Positions 27,512-37,739 of a DNA stretch of 64,000 bases are shown here, one piece after another. The notes beneath the pieces are model-generated. The model saw nothing but the letters and a program-made list of their open reading frames with translations, was not told the DNA's origin and ran no database searches. A program made the position numbers and the translations under genes. The number at the start of each line of letters is the position of its first letter. The stretch's first letter is position 1. Location of the stretch: positions 84,780 through 148,779 of the forward strand of contig CAZXSE010000001.1 of NCBI GenBank assembly GCA_964643325.1, read 5' to 3'. Origin of the DNA: an uncultured Planctomycetales bacterium. Lineage in GTDB: Bacteria; Omnitrophota; Gorgyraeia; Zapsychrales; Fredricksoniimonadaceae.

Positions 27512-28831
27512 CTATTGCGTCACGCTTATAATAACATGCCGCGAAAAAGCGCGCTCGAACAGATCGCTTTTGATCTTTCCAAATTCAAGCTCCGCCGCGA
27601 TATCCTTACAGGCAGTCAATCCTATTGTAACGTTATCCGTTCCCGCTTCAACCGTAATATCGCTGACCAGGCCCTGGTGCGTGCGATCAAGCCCGTCGGC
27701 CAGGCGTACGATCCCGCCGAGTCGTTCGACCATGACTTTGTGATGATCGGGCAGTGCCGCGAAATATTGATGGCCGGGCTTGGGCAGGGACTTGCGGTGG
27801 TAGCGTGCAATGAGCGCCACGACCGCGCGCTCACGGTCCGCCAACGGCAGCGTCCTGTCCTCAAGGATCATGTCGCGCGAAGCCTTGTGATGCCCGTCGG
27901 CGCCACGCATGATCCCGATATCGTGCAAGAGCGCCGCGGCCTGCAAGAGCGCCCGCTGGCGTGCGCCATAACCATGCACGGCGTGCAATGCGTCAAAGAT
28001 CCTCAATGACAATGACGCCACCTGCAGCGCGTGCGGCTTTTCATAGCGGCAACGCTCGCCGAACCTGAGGGCCTCTTCGATCAGATCGCCTCTCACGTCT
28101 TCCGGCACCACATCCGCCGGAGAGCATGCCCCGGTGAACGCCTGGACAAGGACCCGTGGGAATCCCTGTGCCTCCATTTCCCTGACAACAAGGGCCATGT
28201 CATACGCCACACGGTGGTTGGCCACGCCAATGCCGGCCGGCGTGATCTCGAGCAAAGAGAATGACGCGCGCCCGTCGCCGCCAAAAGGCCTGCCGACAGA
28301 CCCGGGATTGACCAAAAGCGTTGTGCCGATCTCGCGCGAAAAAGCGTCATGCGTGTGGCCGGCGCAAATGATATCCGCATCCGCCCCCCGGGCCATCTCA
28401 ACAAGGCGCTCTTGCGGCGTATGCACCGTGATCCCCTCATCGGCACTGGCCGGACTGCCATGGACCAGGAGTACCCGGCGGCCATGCGCATTCACACGCA
28501 GGATCTCCGGCAATCCTTTAAGATGGTCCACAACATCCGGCGCTAGCATCTTGTGTGTCCATGCAAAAATAAAAGTTTTATAGGCCTCTTTTGCGTTGTC
28601 GAGGATCTTCTGGACTTTCGCGGCGGAAACGACCTTCGCGTCGTGATTCCCGGAAATGATATATTGCGCCTTCTCGCGGATCAGGCGATCACATTCATTG
28701 GGGAACGGGCCGTAACCGACCACATCCCCAAGGCACCAGATCGCGTCATAGGACGTGGCGGCCGCGGCGGCAAGAACAGCCTCGAGGGCCGGAAGATTGG
28801 CGTGAATATCAGCAAGAAGAAGGATCCTCAT
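27512..28831 (-). CDS. Metallophosphoesterase (YfcE/MJ0936-type) fused to a Ppx/GppA-type C-terminal HD domain
   Basis: I place the start at MRILLLADIHANL, an ATGA overlap with the CHAD gene stop. MPP motifs: DIH, GDVVGYG, GNHD and GHTHD. The C-terminal half carries LLHDIGI and ARYHRKSLP, as in the C-domain of exopolyphosphatases. Confidence 0.8.
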   Translation of the reverse strand: MRILLLADIHANLPALEAVLAAAAATSYDAIWCLGDVVGYGPFPNECDRLIREKAQYIISGNHDAKVVSAAKVQKILDNAKEAYKTFIFAWTHKMLAPDVVDHLKGLPEILRVNAHGRRVLLVHGSPASADEGITVHTPQERLVEMARGADADIICAGHTHDAFSREIGTTLLVNPGSVGRPFGGDGRASFSLLEITPAGIGVANHRVAYDMALVVREMEAQGFPRVLVQAFTGACSPADVVPEDVRGDLIEEALRFGERCRYEKPHALQVASLSLRIFDALHAVHGYGARQRALLQAAALLHDIGIMRGADGHHKASRDMILEDRTLPLADRERAVVALIARYHRKSLPKPGHQYFAALPDHHKVMVERLGGIVRLADGLDRTHQGLVSDITVEAGTDNVTIGLTACKDIAAELEFGKIKSDLFERAFSRHVIISVTQ

Positions 28832-29709
28832 GAATCGGCAAAACGGTCCAGTTTCGCCCAGATCTTCGCGCGCTTCTGGGACTGCCACAGCTGCACGAAA
28901 TCCGCGCACGCCGCGGCCCTGGCTGTTTCACATTCCCGGCGGAGGAACCGCAGGGCTTCGGAAAAACGGTTGCTGCGCCCGGAACTCGCGCGCAGGATGC
29001 CGAGAAGTCCCAACCAGACGTCATAACTATGGACCGCGCCCAGGGCCGCCTGGACATCCGCGGCCGCCTTAATATGAACGGCCAGCTTCTTGCCGTAAAG
29101 CAATTCGAGGTTCTCAAGGCAGTAACGCAGGTTCTTCGCGGCAATGCGCATCTGATGGAGTTCGGTTTCCCGGCGGGCCTTCTTGACATAAGGCTCCCAG
29201 CGCAGCATCTTCTCGAGGCGGACCGTGATGCGATTCTTGCCCCATTCATCAAGGGTGATCTCGGCGAACGCCAGATCCGGGCTGAGCTTCTCAATGGCGC
29301 GGAACACTTTTTCCCGGCGGGCGCGGTCAAAGGCCTTCGCGATCTTGGGCTGGACCTCGGCCCGGTCCTCAGCGATCTCGTCAATGATCTCACGGATCCC
29401 TGCGGCGTATGCCTTAGCGTGAGGCGCGGCGGCCATGCCCCGCAGGAACGCGATCTTGGTGTCCATGTCGCGCGCATGGCCCAGGATGCCCAACAGCGCC
29501 TTCACCCCCTCGATCGGGAGCTGCAGCTGCCGGCGGGTCATCACATCCTTGATATCCGAGAGGATGCTCTTTAAACGGCGAAGCGCCACGCGCATGCGAT
29601 GCAGCGCCTCGATATCACCCTTGGCGCGGCGCACCGCCTTTTCCTCATCGAGCGCCATGGTCAAATGGCCCTGGATGATCTGTGAAAAGAATATCTTCTC
29701 GTCGAGCAT
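28828..29709 (-). CDS. CHAD-domain protein
   Basis: I place the start at MLDEKIFF, a 1-nt overlap with the ppk stop (TGATG). Repeated His/Arg helices (ALHRMRVALRRLKS, LHQMRIAAKNLRYCLE) are typical of CHAD. Confidence 0.8.
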   Translation of the reverse strand: MLDEKIFFSQIIQGHLTMALDEEKAVRRAKGDIEALHRMRVALRRLKSILSDIKDVMTRRQLQLPIEGVKALLGILGHARDMDTKIAFLRGMAAAPHAKAYAAGIREIIDEIAEDRAEVQPKIAKAFDRARREKVFRAIEKLSPDLAFAEITLDEWGKNRITVRLEKMLRWEPYVKKARRETELHQMRIAAKNLRYCLENLELLYGKKLAVHIKAAADVQAALGAVHSYDVWLGLLGILRASSGRSNRFSEALRFLRRECETARAAACADFVQLWQSQKRAKIWAKLDRFADS

Positions 29710-31739
29710 CAGCTGTATCTCCCCAGGAACGCCTCCTGAACGCTGAACTTCTCCTTCGCCGCTTTCGCAAGAACATACTTGCGCCCCGCCACAAGTTCGC
29801 GCGCGCGCTGATTGTCCTTCCAGCAATCCTCCAGGACCCCGCGCAGCTGGTCCTTGAAGTCCTGCTTGTAGATCTCGAACAACAGCTCGATGCGCTTGTC
29901 AAAATTACGGCTCATCCAGTCGGCAGACGACAGAAAAATACGGAAATTCGAATTGTTATTGAACAAAAAGATCCGCGAATGCTCCAGGAACCTGCCGATC
30001 ACGCTCTTAACCTGGATATTCTCGCTGAGGCCCGCCACGCCGGGAACGAGGATGCAGATGCCGCGCACCACAAGGCGGACCTTCACTCCCGCGCGGGATG
30101 CTTCATAAAGTTTATCAACGATCTTCGTATCCTCCAGCGAATTCATCTTCGCGAAGATCAGGCCGGTCTTGTATTCCTTGTGGAACGCGATCTCCTGATC
30201 GATCAGTTCCATGAAATATTCCCGCAGGTCATAGGGCGCCGAGATCACCCGCTTCCAGCGCGCCGGCTGGGAATATCCGGTAATAACATTGAAAACATCC
30301 GAAATGTCGCGCGCAAAATCATCATTGCACGTGAAATAACCGATGTCCGTATAAAGGCGCGCTGTCTTCTCATTATAATTACCCGTGGACAAATGAACGT
30401 ACCGGCGGGTCCGGCCCTCCTCGCGGCGGATGATGAGCATGATCTTGGAATGGATCTTCATGCCCGCGATGCCGTAAATGACATGGCAACCGGACTCCTC
30501 GAGCTGGCGGGCCCAGTTAATGTTGCGCTCCTCGTCAAAGCGCGCCTTGATCTCGACAAGAACGGTCACCTGTTTCTTGTTCTTGGCCGCGAGCTTGAGC
30601 GCGGTCATGATCTCGGAATCTTCGCTCGCCCGGTAAAGCGTCATTTTGATGGCCAGCACATCGGGATCGGTCGCCGCGGCCTTGATCAGGTCCACGGTCG
30701 GCTGGAACGATTCGAACGGCATCTGCAGCATCAGGTCATCTTCCCTGATGCGGTCGAAAATATTCTCGTAAGCGGGCCGGGGCGGCACATGGGCCGGATA
30801 TGATAACCGCGCCTCCGGGACCTGGGCGGCCAGCTGGAACAGGAATGTCAGGTCCATCTCGCCGGGAACGAACGCCACTTCTTCTTTCGGGAACGCAAGC
30901 GCTTCGGTCAGGACATCCAGAAGCCCGCCCGCGCAATCCTTCTCAACAGCCAGGGCCACCACTTTCGCGCGCGGGCGCTTCTTGATCTCGCTCTCGATGG
31001 ATGTCAGCAGGTTCGCGGAAAATTCCTCATCCACCGATAGCTCGCTATCGCGGATCAGGCGGAACAGGGCCGCGCTCTTGATCTCATAACCGCGGAAGAA
31101 GTTCTTAAGGTTGTCCCGCAGGATCTCATCCACCAGGATGAACTCGTGCGTATCGCGGGACGACGGAAGCTTGACCAGGCGCGCCACATTCGCGGGCACC
31201 GGAATGACCGCCAGATGCATCTCATCCTTGCGCTCAAGATGCACGGCATAGGATGTCGTTCTCGACGGAAGGACGGGAAAGGGATGCCCCTGGTCAATGG
31301 CCATGGGGGTCACGATCGGATACAAGGTCGCGTCAAAGAAACGTTTGACGAATTTCTGCTGGTCCTCGTTCAGGTCGGCGCCCCGGCGCAACAGCACCTT
31401 CTCTTTCGCGAGCGCGGGCTTGAGCTTCTCCTCGTGGATCCGGTACGCTTTTTGGGTCAGCTCCTCCACGCGGCGGCGCACCTCGGCGTGGACATCCTGC
31501 AGGTAATAACCGTAATTGTCGCGGCGGTTGTACTGCGCGTCGATCAAGTTCTTCAGGCCCGCGTAACGGACCATCAGGAACTCGTCGAGATTGTTCATGA
31601 AGATGGCCACGAAGCGCGCGCGCTCGAGCAAAGGATTGTCCGCCTCAAGCGCCTCATCAAGGACGCGCTCATTGAACATCAGCCAGCTGATGTCGCGGTG
31701 GATGTACTTGTCCTGGTCCTGAAGCTGTTTTTCCGCCAT
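29709..31739 (-). CDS. ppk: Polyphosphate kinase 1
   Basis: 676 aa with the PPK1 N, H, C1 and C2 layout (RFVAIFMNNLDEFLMVRYAGL, phosphohistidine region, two PLD-like C domains). Confidence 0.95.
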   Translation of the reverse strand: MAEKQLQDQDKYIHRDISWLMFNERVLDEALEADNPLLERARFVAIFMNNLDEFLMVRYAGLKNLIDAQYNRRDNYGYYLQDVHAEVRRRVEELTQKAYRIHEEKLKPALAKEKVLLRRGADLNEDQQKFVKRFFDATLYPIVTPMAIDQGHPFPVLPSRTTSYAVHLERKDEMHLAVIPVPANVARLVKLPSSRDTHEFILVDEILRDNLKNFFRGYEIKSAALFRLIRDSELSVDEEFSANLLTSIESEIKKRPRAKVVALAVEKDCAGGLLDVLTEALAFPKEEVAFVPGEMDLTFLFQLAAQVPEARLSYPAHVPPRPAYENIFDRIREDDLMLQMPFESFQPTVDLIKAAATDPDVLAIKMTLYRASEDSEIMTALKLAAKNKKQVTVLVEIKARFDEERNINWARQLEESGCHVIYGIAGMKIHSKIMLIIRREEGRTRRYVHLSTGNYNEKTARLYTDIGYFTCNDDFARDISDVFNVITGYSQPARWKRVISAPYDLREYFMELIDQEIAFHKEYKTGLIFAKMNSLEDTKIVDKLYEASRAGVKVRLVVRGICILVPGVAGLSENIQVKSVIGRFLEHSRIFLFNNNSNFRIFLSSADWMSRNFDKRIELLFEIYKQDFKDQLRGVLEDCWKDNQRARELVAGRKYVLAKAAKEKFSVQEAFLGRYS

Positions 31740-31740
31740 G

Positions 31741-33273
31741 TCACACGTTCCCGCTGATGCTGAGTTTCAAGCGGCTGCCCGTGATCCTCTCGAACAGTTC
31801 TTTCTTGTCGTTGAATTCGGTCTTCTCGAGAAGGAAATTCGCCTGGGTGCTGACCTCAATGGTAATGTCGCTGGTGTCCGCGTGCAAAACTTTGACGCCC
31901 TTGGATTTCTGCAAATGCCCGTGATCGAGCGCGTTGGCGATACGCAAGAGCGATGCCAGTTTCTGCACCACGATCTGCTTGTCCTCCGCGAGGCTGTTGT
32001 AAAGAGGATGCGACTTCGACGGATCGCCCCGGCGGTGATAGCGCGCGGCGCAGGCGATCATCCGGATCTCCTCGTCGGTCAAACGGAACAGGTTCAGGGA
32101 ATTGATAATGTATTCCGAATGCTTGTGATGCGAGCGGTTGGAAATGAACTTGCCGATATCGTGCAGGTACGCCGCCAGCATCAGGTATAAAAGATCGCTC
32201 TCCTCAAGCCCCAGCTGAACGGACAGCCCCTCGAAAAGGCCTTTGGCGATATGCGCCACATTCTTGGCGTGCTCGATGTTGACATTGTATTGTTCACAAA
32301 TGGCGTGCGCGACCGACATCAGCTGATTCGATTTGTTATAGCGCTTCGACAGTTCAAGCCCTAAAACCTTATTGGCCAGCACTGCCTCGGCCAGCGACGT
32401 TTCCAGAATGTAAACATGCGGATTCTCGGTGAGTGTAAAGAACATCTTGAGGATCACCATATAGGGCAACAGCGTTTCCGCGCTGTCCCGCGGCAGGTCA
32501 TACTCCGCGGCGATCTCCTCGGGCGACTTGCCGGCAAGCCCGCCAATGATGCGCTCCACATCAGCCACCGTGAACTGGAAAAAGTTCGTCGCGACCTTTT
32601 TGTTGGGCAGGATGGCCTTGAGGTATTCCTGGTTCTCGTCGATGAGAAAAATGTCGTCCACATGCGCGCGCGGCAGGCGGCTGCGAAAATGATCGAACTC
32701 GTTGGCAATATACTCCTGCACGACCTCGGCAAGTTCCTCGCGGCTGCCGTCAACACGGCTCAGGATCTGCTTGAAGCGCAGCGAGCCCAGGGCCAATCCC
32801 ATATTGATCACGGTAAAGCCCTTCTTCAGGAGCGACACATCAAGGCTGCCCGCGCCCATTTCGCCGATCAGCAGGTTCTTGTTGTGGACCGGATAGGTGT
32901 CCTTGAGCTTATGCGAGATATAGGCATCAATGTAATAAACAATGTCGCCGACATTCAGGACCTCGATCTCAAGGCCGGTCTTGCGGCGCACGGTATCAAC
33001 GAAAATGTGGCGGTTGGAAGCTTCGCGCACCGCGGTGGTCGCGATGACAAAGACCTGCGCGATATTATATTCCCTGATGACCTTCTTGTATTTCTCGAGG
33101 ATGCCGATGGTCAGGTTGATAGGTTCCTGGGAGATCTGCCCCTTGAGGAACGTCGAACGCCCGATGGGCACAACGTTCTTGAGCGCCTCCAGGATCATGA
33201 TCTCCCCGTCGACAACCTCACCGATAAGGAGTTTGATCGAATTGGAACCGATATCAATGACGGCGGCGGCCAT
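31741..33273 (-). CDS. ppx: Exopolyphosphatase / GppA family
   Basis: AAVIDIGSNSIKLLIGEV (ASKHA fold) plus a C-terminal HD region (YLHDIGKFISNRSHHKHS). It ends 1 nt before the ppk ATG. Confidence 0.9.
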   Translation of the reverse strand: MAAAVIDIGSNSIKLLIGEVVDGEIMILEALKNVVPIGRSTFLKGQISQEPINLTIGILEKYKKVIREYNIAQVFVIATTAVREASNRHIFVDTVRRKTGLEIEVLNVGDIVYYIDAYISHKLKDTYPVHNKNLLIGEMGAGSLDVSLLKKGFTVINMGLALGSLRFKQILSRVDGSREELAEVVQEYIANEFDHFRSRLPRAHVDDIFLIDENQEYLKAILPNKKVATNFFQFTVADVERIIGGLAGKSPEEIAAEYDLPRDSAETLLPYMVILKMFFTLTENPHVYILETSLAEAVLANKVLGLELSKRYNKSNQLMSVAHAICEQYNVNIEHAKNVAHIAKGLFEGLSVQLGLEESDLLYLMLAAYLHDIGKFISNRSHHKHSEYIINSLNLFRLTDEEIRMIACAARYHRRGDPSKSHPLYNSLAEDKQIVVQKLASLLRIANALDHGHLQKSKGVKVLHADTSDITIEVSTQANFLLEKTEFNDKKELFERITGSRLKLSISGNV

Positions 33274-33274
33274 G

Positions 33275-35701
33275 TCAGGACACCTTGACCTTCAGGATGT
33301 CGGCAAGGTCCGTGAACGCCGCGACCCAGCGCGCGGCGTATTCATCCTGCCCGGCCGCGGCGCTCTTGGCGCGGTAACGGTCCTGGGCCAGGGCGTAAAA
33401 AATATTCTGCGCTTTCCAGAGATTCAGTTCCATGCGCAATTCAAACAGGACCCTGATCACCTTCGCCATCCGCTCCATGAGCAGGACATCGTCCGGCGAC
33501 TGCATGAATTTGGCCAGCATGGCGTCAACGCGGGCGGAAGCGATAAAATCAAGATCTTCTTTGTCGCGCTTGAACGGCCAGCTGCGGACCTCGACCGCCA
33601 GGCGCTCCAGCTTCTCAAGGGGGATCTCCTCCTCGTTCAGGAAGCGCCGCAAGTCGCAATTAAGCACATATTCCGCCAGGCTCCCGAGCGTCTTAGGCAG
33701 CGGGATATGGTTCTCGTGGATCATGCGGATCAGCGCAAAATGATCCTCGTAAATATGCCGGAAAGAAGATTCCACCTCGGCCATCGTATTATCAAAGATC
33801 TTGTCGAGGATCATCTGCTGTTCCTGCTTGAACAGATGCCACAACGAATAATTCCGGGTCCCGAAATACCGGCTGATGGACTGGATCGCGCGCGGGATGT
33901 CGCCCTCGTGGAAAATACGGCTGACCTCCCTCGAAAGGCGGTCAAAGGTCGCGTCATCCTTGTAATAATCAACGCCGCAGATGAAATTATGGTCCCCCAG
34001 ATGCAGGAGCGCAAAATACACATCGAACGATGTCCACGTCACCTCGGAGATGATCTCGGTCCGCCCGACGACCAGCGACATCTTGCCGATCGCCTGCTTC
34101 GCGTAACTCTTGCGGCGGATCGTAAAACAGTACAGCTTGGCCTCCTCGGCAAAGTCCTCGAAGAGCGAGCTCATGGCATAGTGGGCGCCCACGCGCAGGA
34201 TATCAACGACCGACGGCTCCACATACACCTTGTAGATGCGCGCGCCATTATTGGCCTCCGGCACATTGCTCTTGGCCTTACCCAGCACCTCCAGGAAGGC
34301 CAGGTCCAGGTCTTCGTCGCAAACGCGGCGGACCAGCTGGATCACACGCGCGGCATACTTGATGATCTGAACCGTCTCGATGCCCGAAATATCGTCGAAG
34401 AACCAGCCGCAGCTGGTGTACATCAAGAGCGCGTTGCGCTGGATCTCCAGGCAGCGCAAAACCCTGTTCTTGTCAACAAAAGCCCTGTCCTTGCCCAGGT
34501 AGCGGGCCAGGAACGCCTCCATGTTCTCCCGGCGGCGGTCAAGGACCACGTCGATATAGGCATCGCGCATGGCCCACGGGTCCGCGACATAACCGGCCAT
34601 CTCGCGTTCATACGTTTTAGCGGCGCGGTCGCGCAAAAAATCCAGGGCCTGGCGCAACGGGGCGCGCCACTGCTGATGCCACCCGGGCTTACCGCCCGAA
34701 TTGCAGCCGCAATCGTCGCGCCAGCGCTCGATGCCGTGAATGCAGCTCCAGGAGCTGTTCTCAACGATCTCGACCTCATACTCCGGCGGATGTTTTTCCA
34801 GGTACTCGCCATACACCGTCAGCCGCGCGCGGTCCTTCTGTTCAATATAATGAAGCGCGTACGCCAGCGCCATGTCGCCGAACTTGTGGTGATGCCCGTA
34901 GGATTCCCCGTCGGTCGCGATGTGCACCAGCTGGTCGTTCTCCGGATGTTTGTCAAAAGCGCCGAGGATCCGCTCCGCCAGCTTCTCGCCATTGTGCAAA
35001 AGGCCTTCGAACGCGACCGCGCGCGAAATGGGCCCGTCATAAAAAAAGATCGCGATCGTCCGGCCCGACGGCAGCTTGCACAGATAGGGGCGCCGCAGAT
35101 CGATATGCTCTTCATCCGACGGGTCCCAGGCGCGATTCTCGGAAAGTTTCCTGGCGCGCTTGGCCTGATGGGGCGCCAGCACCGTGAACTTGATGCCGCA
35201 CTCAGCCATGATATCCAGGCTCTCCAGGTCAACGGCCGCCTCGGCCAGCCACATCCCCTCCGGCATGCGCTGGTAACAATGCTCAAAATCCTTGATCCCC
35301 CAGATGATCTGCGTGCGCTTGTCGCGCGTGTTCGCCAGGGGCATGATCATGTGATTGTAAACCTGCGCCATGGCCGCGCCATGGCCGGAAAAACGCTGGC
35401 GGCTTATCTTGTCAGCTTCGAGGATGGCACGGTAGGCTTCGGGGTCCTTGTGCTCCATCCACGAAAGGAGCGTCGGCCCGATGTTGAAGCTGATCTTTGA
35501 ATAATTATTGATGATCTCATTGATGCGGCCATCAGCGCCCAGGATCCGGGAGGCGCCGTTACGGGCATAACACTCGGCGGTGATCCGCTCGTTCCAATCA
35601 TGGTAAGGCAGCGCGGACTCCTGCAGCTCGACTTCCTCAAGCCAGGGGTTCTCGCGCGGCGGCTGATAAAAATGCCCGTGGATGCAAACGTATCTATTCA
35701 T
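33275..35701 (-). CDS. Glycoside hydrolase family 57 protein with a long C-terminal extension
   Basis: It has the N-terminal GH57 signature (CIHGHFYQPPRENPW) and the catalytic region ATDGESYGHHH. Its 808 aa include about 400 aa beyond the GH57 core. It ends 1 nt before the ppx ATG. Confidence 0.85.
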   Translation of the reverse strand: MNRYVCIHGHFYQPPRENPWLEEVELQESALPYHDWNERITAECYARNGASRILGADGRINEIINNYSKISFNIGPTLLSWMEHKDPEAYRAILEADKISRQRFSGHGAAMAQVYNHMIMPLANTRDKRTQIIWGIKDFEHCYQRMPEGMWLAEAAVDLESLDIMAECGIKFTVLAPHQAKRARKLSENRAWDPSDEEHIDLRRPYLCKLPSGRTIAIFFYDGPISRAVAFEGLLHNGEKLAERILGAFDKHPENDQLVHIATDGESYGHHHKFGDMALAYALHYIEQKDRARLTVYGEYLEKHPPEYEVEIVENSSWSCIHGIERWRDDCGCNSGGKPGWHQQWRAPLRQALDFLRDRAAKTYEREMAGYVADPWAMRDAYIDVVLDRRRENMEAFLARYLGKDRAFVDKNRVLRCLEIQRNALLMYTSCGWFFDDISGIETVQIIKYAARVIQLVRRVCDEDLDLAFLEVLGKAKSNVPEANNGARIYKVYVEPSVVDILRVGAHYAMSSLFEDFAEEAKLYCFTIRRKSYAKQAIGKMSLVVGRTEIISEVTWTSFDVYFALLHLGDHNFICGVDYYKDDATFDRLSREVSRIFHEGDIPRAIQSISRYFGTRNYSLWHLFKQEQQMILDKIFDNTMAEVESSFRHIYEDHFALIRMIHENHIPLPKTLGSLAEYVLNCDLRRFLNEEEIPLEKLERLAVEVRSWPFKRDKEDLDFIASARVDAMLAKFMQSPDDVLLMERMAKVIRVLFELRMELNLWKAQNIFYALAQDRYRAKSAAAGQDEYAARWVAAFTDLADILKVKVS

Positions 35702-35708
35702 CGAATAA

Positions 35709-37700
35709 TTAACTCTCGCGTTTCAAGAACAGCACGCCCAGCGGCGGCAATTTGAGCCACAGCGACCGGTCGCGGCCATGCGCCCAGATCTCATCCGCCA
35801 TGACCCGTCCGTAATTCCCAACCCCGCTGCCCCAGTAGGCCGGGGCGTCAGAGTTCAGGAGCTCGCGCCACATCCCGCCGTAAGGAACGCCTACGCGGTA
35901 CTCGCGGACCACGGGCGTGAAATTACAAACGACAAGAATGTCCTGCGAACGGTCCTTGCATTTACGCAAGAACATCAGGACGCTCGACTGCCAGTCACCG
36001 CAATCGATCCATTCGAACCCGTGATAAGAGAAATCGTCCTCATACAACGCAGGCTCGGACTTATACATCGCATTCAGGTCCTGCACCCACTGTTGCACGC
36101 CCTTGTGCGGGTCCCAGGCGAGCAAATGCCAGTCCACGCTCTTTTCATGGTCCCATTCATCCCACTGCCCGATCTCACCGCCCATGAAATGCAGCTTCTT
36201 CCCGGGCTGGCCGAACATGTAGCCGAACAAAAGCCTCAAGTTCGCGAATTTTTGCCAGTCATCGCCGGGCATCTTGCGAAGCAGCGACCCCTTTCCGTGC
36301 ACAACCTCGTCGTGCGAAAGGGACATCATGAAATTCTCGGTGAACGCGTAAAGAAGCCCGAAGGTCAGCTGATTGTGATGGTGCTTGCGATAAACCGGGT
36401 CCTTGCTGAAATACACCAGCGTATCGTGCATCCAGCCCATGTTCCATTTGTACCCGAAACCAAGCCCCCCGTCCCACACAGGCTTCGACACCTTGGTCCA
36501 GGCGGTCGATTCTTCGGCGATCATCTGGATGCCGGGATGCGTGCCGTAAACGATCTCGTTGAGGCGCTGTAAAAAGTGGAGCGCCTCCAAATTCTCACGC
36601 CCGCCATTGCAATTGGGGATCCACTCGCCTTCCTTGCGGGAATAATCCAGGTACAGCATGGACGCGACACCGTCAACGCGCAATCCGTCCGCGTGATATT
36701 TCTCGAGCCAGAACAGCGCGCTCGCGATCAGGAAGCTCTTGACCTCGACCCGCCCGTAATTGAAAATGGAACTTTTCCAGTCGGGATGAAAGCCCTTGCG
36801 CATGTCCTCATGCTCGTAGAGCGCTGTCCCGTCGAACTGCCAGAGCCCGTGGCCGTCATTGGGAAAATGCGACGGCACCCAGTCCAGGATGACGCCGATG
36901 TCGTTCTGGTGGAACTTGTCGATGAGGAACATGAGTTCCTGCGGCGTGCCGAAGAACGAGGCGGGCGCAAAATAACCAACGGTCTGATAACCCCATGACC
37001 CCTGGAACGGATGCGCCATGACCGGCATCAGCTCCACGTGCGTGTAACCCATCTTTTTCACATACGCGGTCAATTTATCCGCCATCTCAACATACGTCAG
37101 CGACCGGCAGCCGTCGTCGGGAACGCGCATCCACGACCCCAGATGCACTTCATAGACGGACATGGGCTTGTTGTGCGCGCTGCGCTCGTGACGCTGTGCC
37201 ATCCAGGCCGCGTCATTCCAGGTATAATCCAGGTCCCAGATCACAGAAGCGGACTTCGGCGGGATCTCGGAATGGAACCCCAGCGGGTCCGCCTTTTCAA
37301 GTTCCCAGCCCTGGCGCGTGCGGATCGCGTATTTATACGTCTGGCTTTTGGCGGCGTTGGGAACAAAACCTTCCCAGATGCCCGTGCCGTCCCAGCGCGG
37401 CAATAACGGCGCCGCATCCTTGTTCCAATTGTTAAAGTCACCGATCACCGATACCCGCTCGGCATTCGGCGCCCAGACCGCGAACTTGACGCCCTTGACG
37501 CCGTCACGCGTCATGATATGCGCGCCCAGCTTCTCGTACATCTTGAAGAAATTGCCTTCTTTCAGAAGATAGGCGTCGAAATCCGTCATCTCATGCGATA
37601 CATCCGGCAACTTCGTTCTTTCTTCCCGGGCACAACATTCTTTCCTGGGGCCAGGGACAGTTTTATTATCCCTGGACCACGGCGCGCGCATAGACCCCAT
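35709..37700 (-). CDS. glgB: 1,4-alpha-glucan branching enzyme (GH13)
   Basis: GH13 branching-enzyme motifs are present (DWVPSHF, GLRVDGVASMLY, AEESTAW, LSHDEVVHGK). I prefer the start at ATG 37700 because GGGAGG lies upstream; ATG 37589 is an alternative. Confidence 0.9.
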   Translation of the reverse strand: MGSMRAPWSRDNKTVPGPRKECCAREERTKLPDVSHEMTDFDAYLLKEGNFFKMYEKLGAHIMTRDGVKGVKFAVWAPNAERVSVIGDFNNWNKDAAPLLPRWDGTGIWEGFVPNAAKSQTYKYAIRTRQGWELEKADPLGFHSEIPPKSASVIWDLDYTWNDAAWMAQRHERSAHNKPMSVYEVHLGSWMRVPDDGCRSLTYVEMADKLTAYVKKMGYTHVELMPVMAHPFQGSWGYQTVGYFAPASFFGTPQELMFLIDKFHQNDIGVILDWVPSHFPNDGHGLWQFDGTALYEHEDMRKGFHPDWKSSIFNYGRVEVKSFLIASALFWLEKYHADGLRVDGVASMLYLDYSRKEGEWIPNCNGGRENLEALHFLQRLNEIVYGTHPGIQMIAEESTAWTKVSKPVWDGGLGFGYKWNMGWMHDTLVYFSKDPVYRKHHHNQLTFGLLYAFTENFMMSLSHDEVVHGKGSLLRKMPGDDWQKFANLRLLFGYMFGQPGKKLHFMGGEIGQWDEWDHEKSVDWHLLAWDPHKGVQQWVQDLNAMYKSEPALYEDDFSYHGFEWIDCGDWQSSVLMFLRKCKDRSQDILVVCNFTPVVREYRVGVPYGGMWRELLNSDAPAYWGSGVGNYGRVMADEIWAHGRDRSLWLKLPPLGVLFLKRES

Positions 37701-37739
37701 GATACCTCCCGTCAATTACTTTAAAATGCCCTCGTTCTC

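Noticed and set aside
27215-27743. Small plus-strand ORFs in the 323-nt spacer (67 aa at 27215-27418 and 95 aa at 27456-27743).
   Set aside because: They have no SD and Cys/Arg-rich odd composition. The first is built from the arms of the inverted repeats, and the second runs antisense into the MPP-HD gene.
32942-35500. Very long plus-strand ORFs antisense to recognised genes. Examples are 852 aa at 32942-35500, 713 aa at 10583-12724, 545 aa at 16171-17808 and 501 aa at 906-2411, along with dozens of shorter ones.
   Set aside because: They lie opposite ORFs with unmistakable conserved motifs (GH57, GltB, GlnN, CarB). They are R/A/G/P/L-rich low-complexity translations typical of stop-poor antisense frames in GC-rich DNA, and they lack SD sequences.
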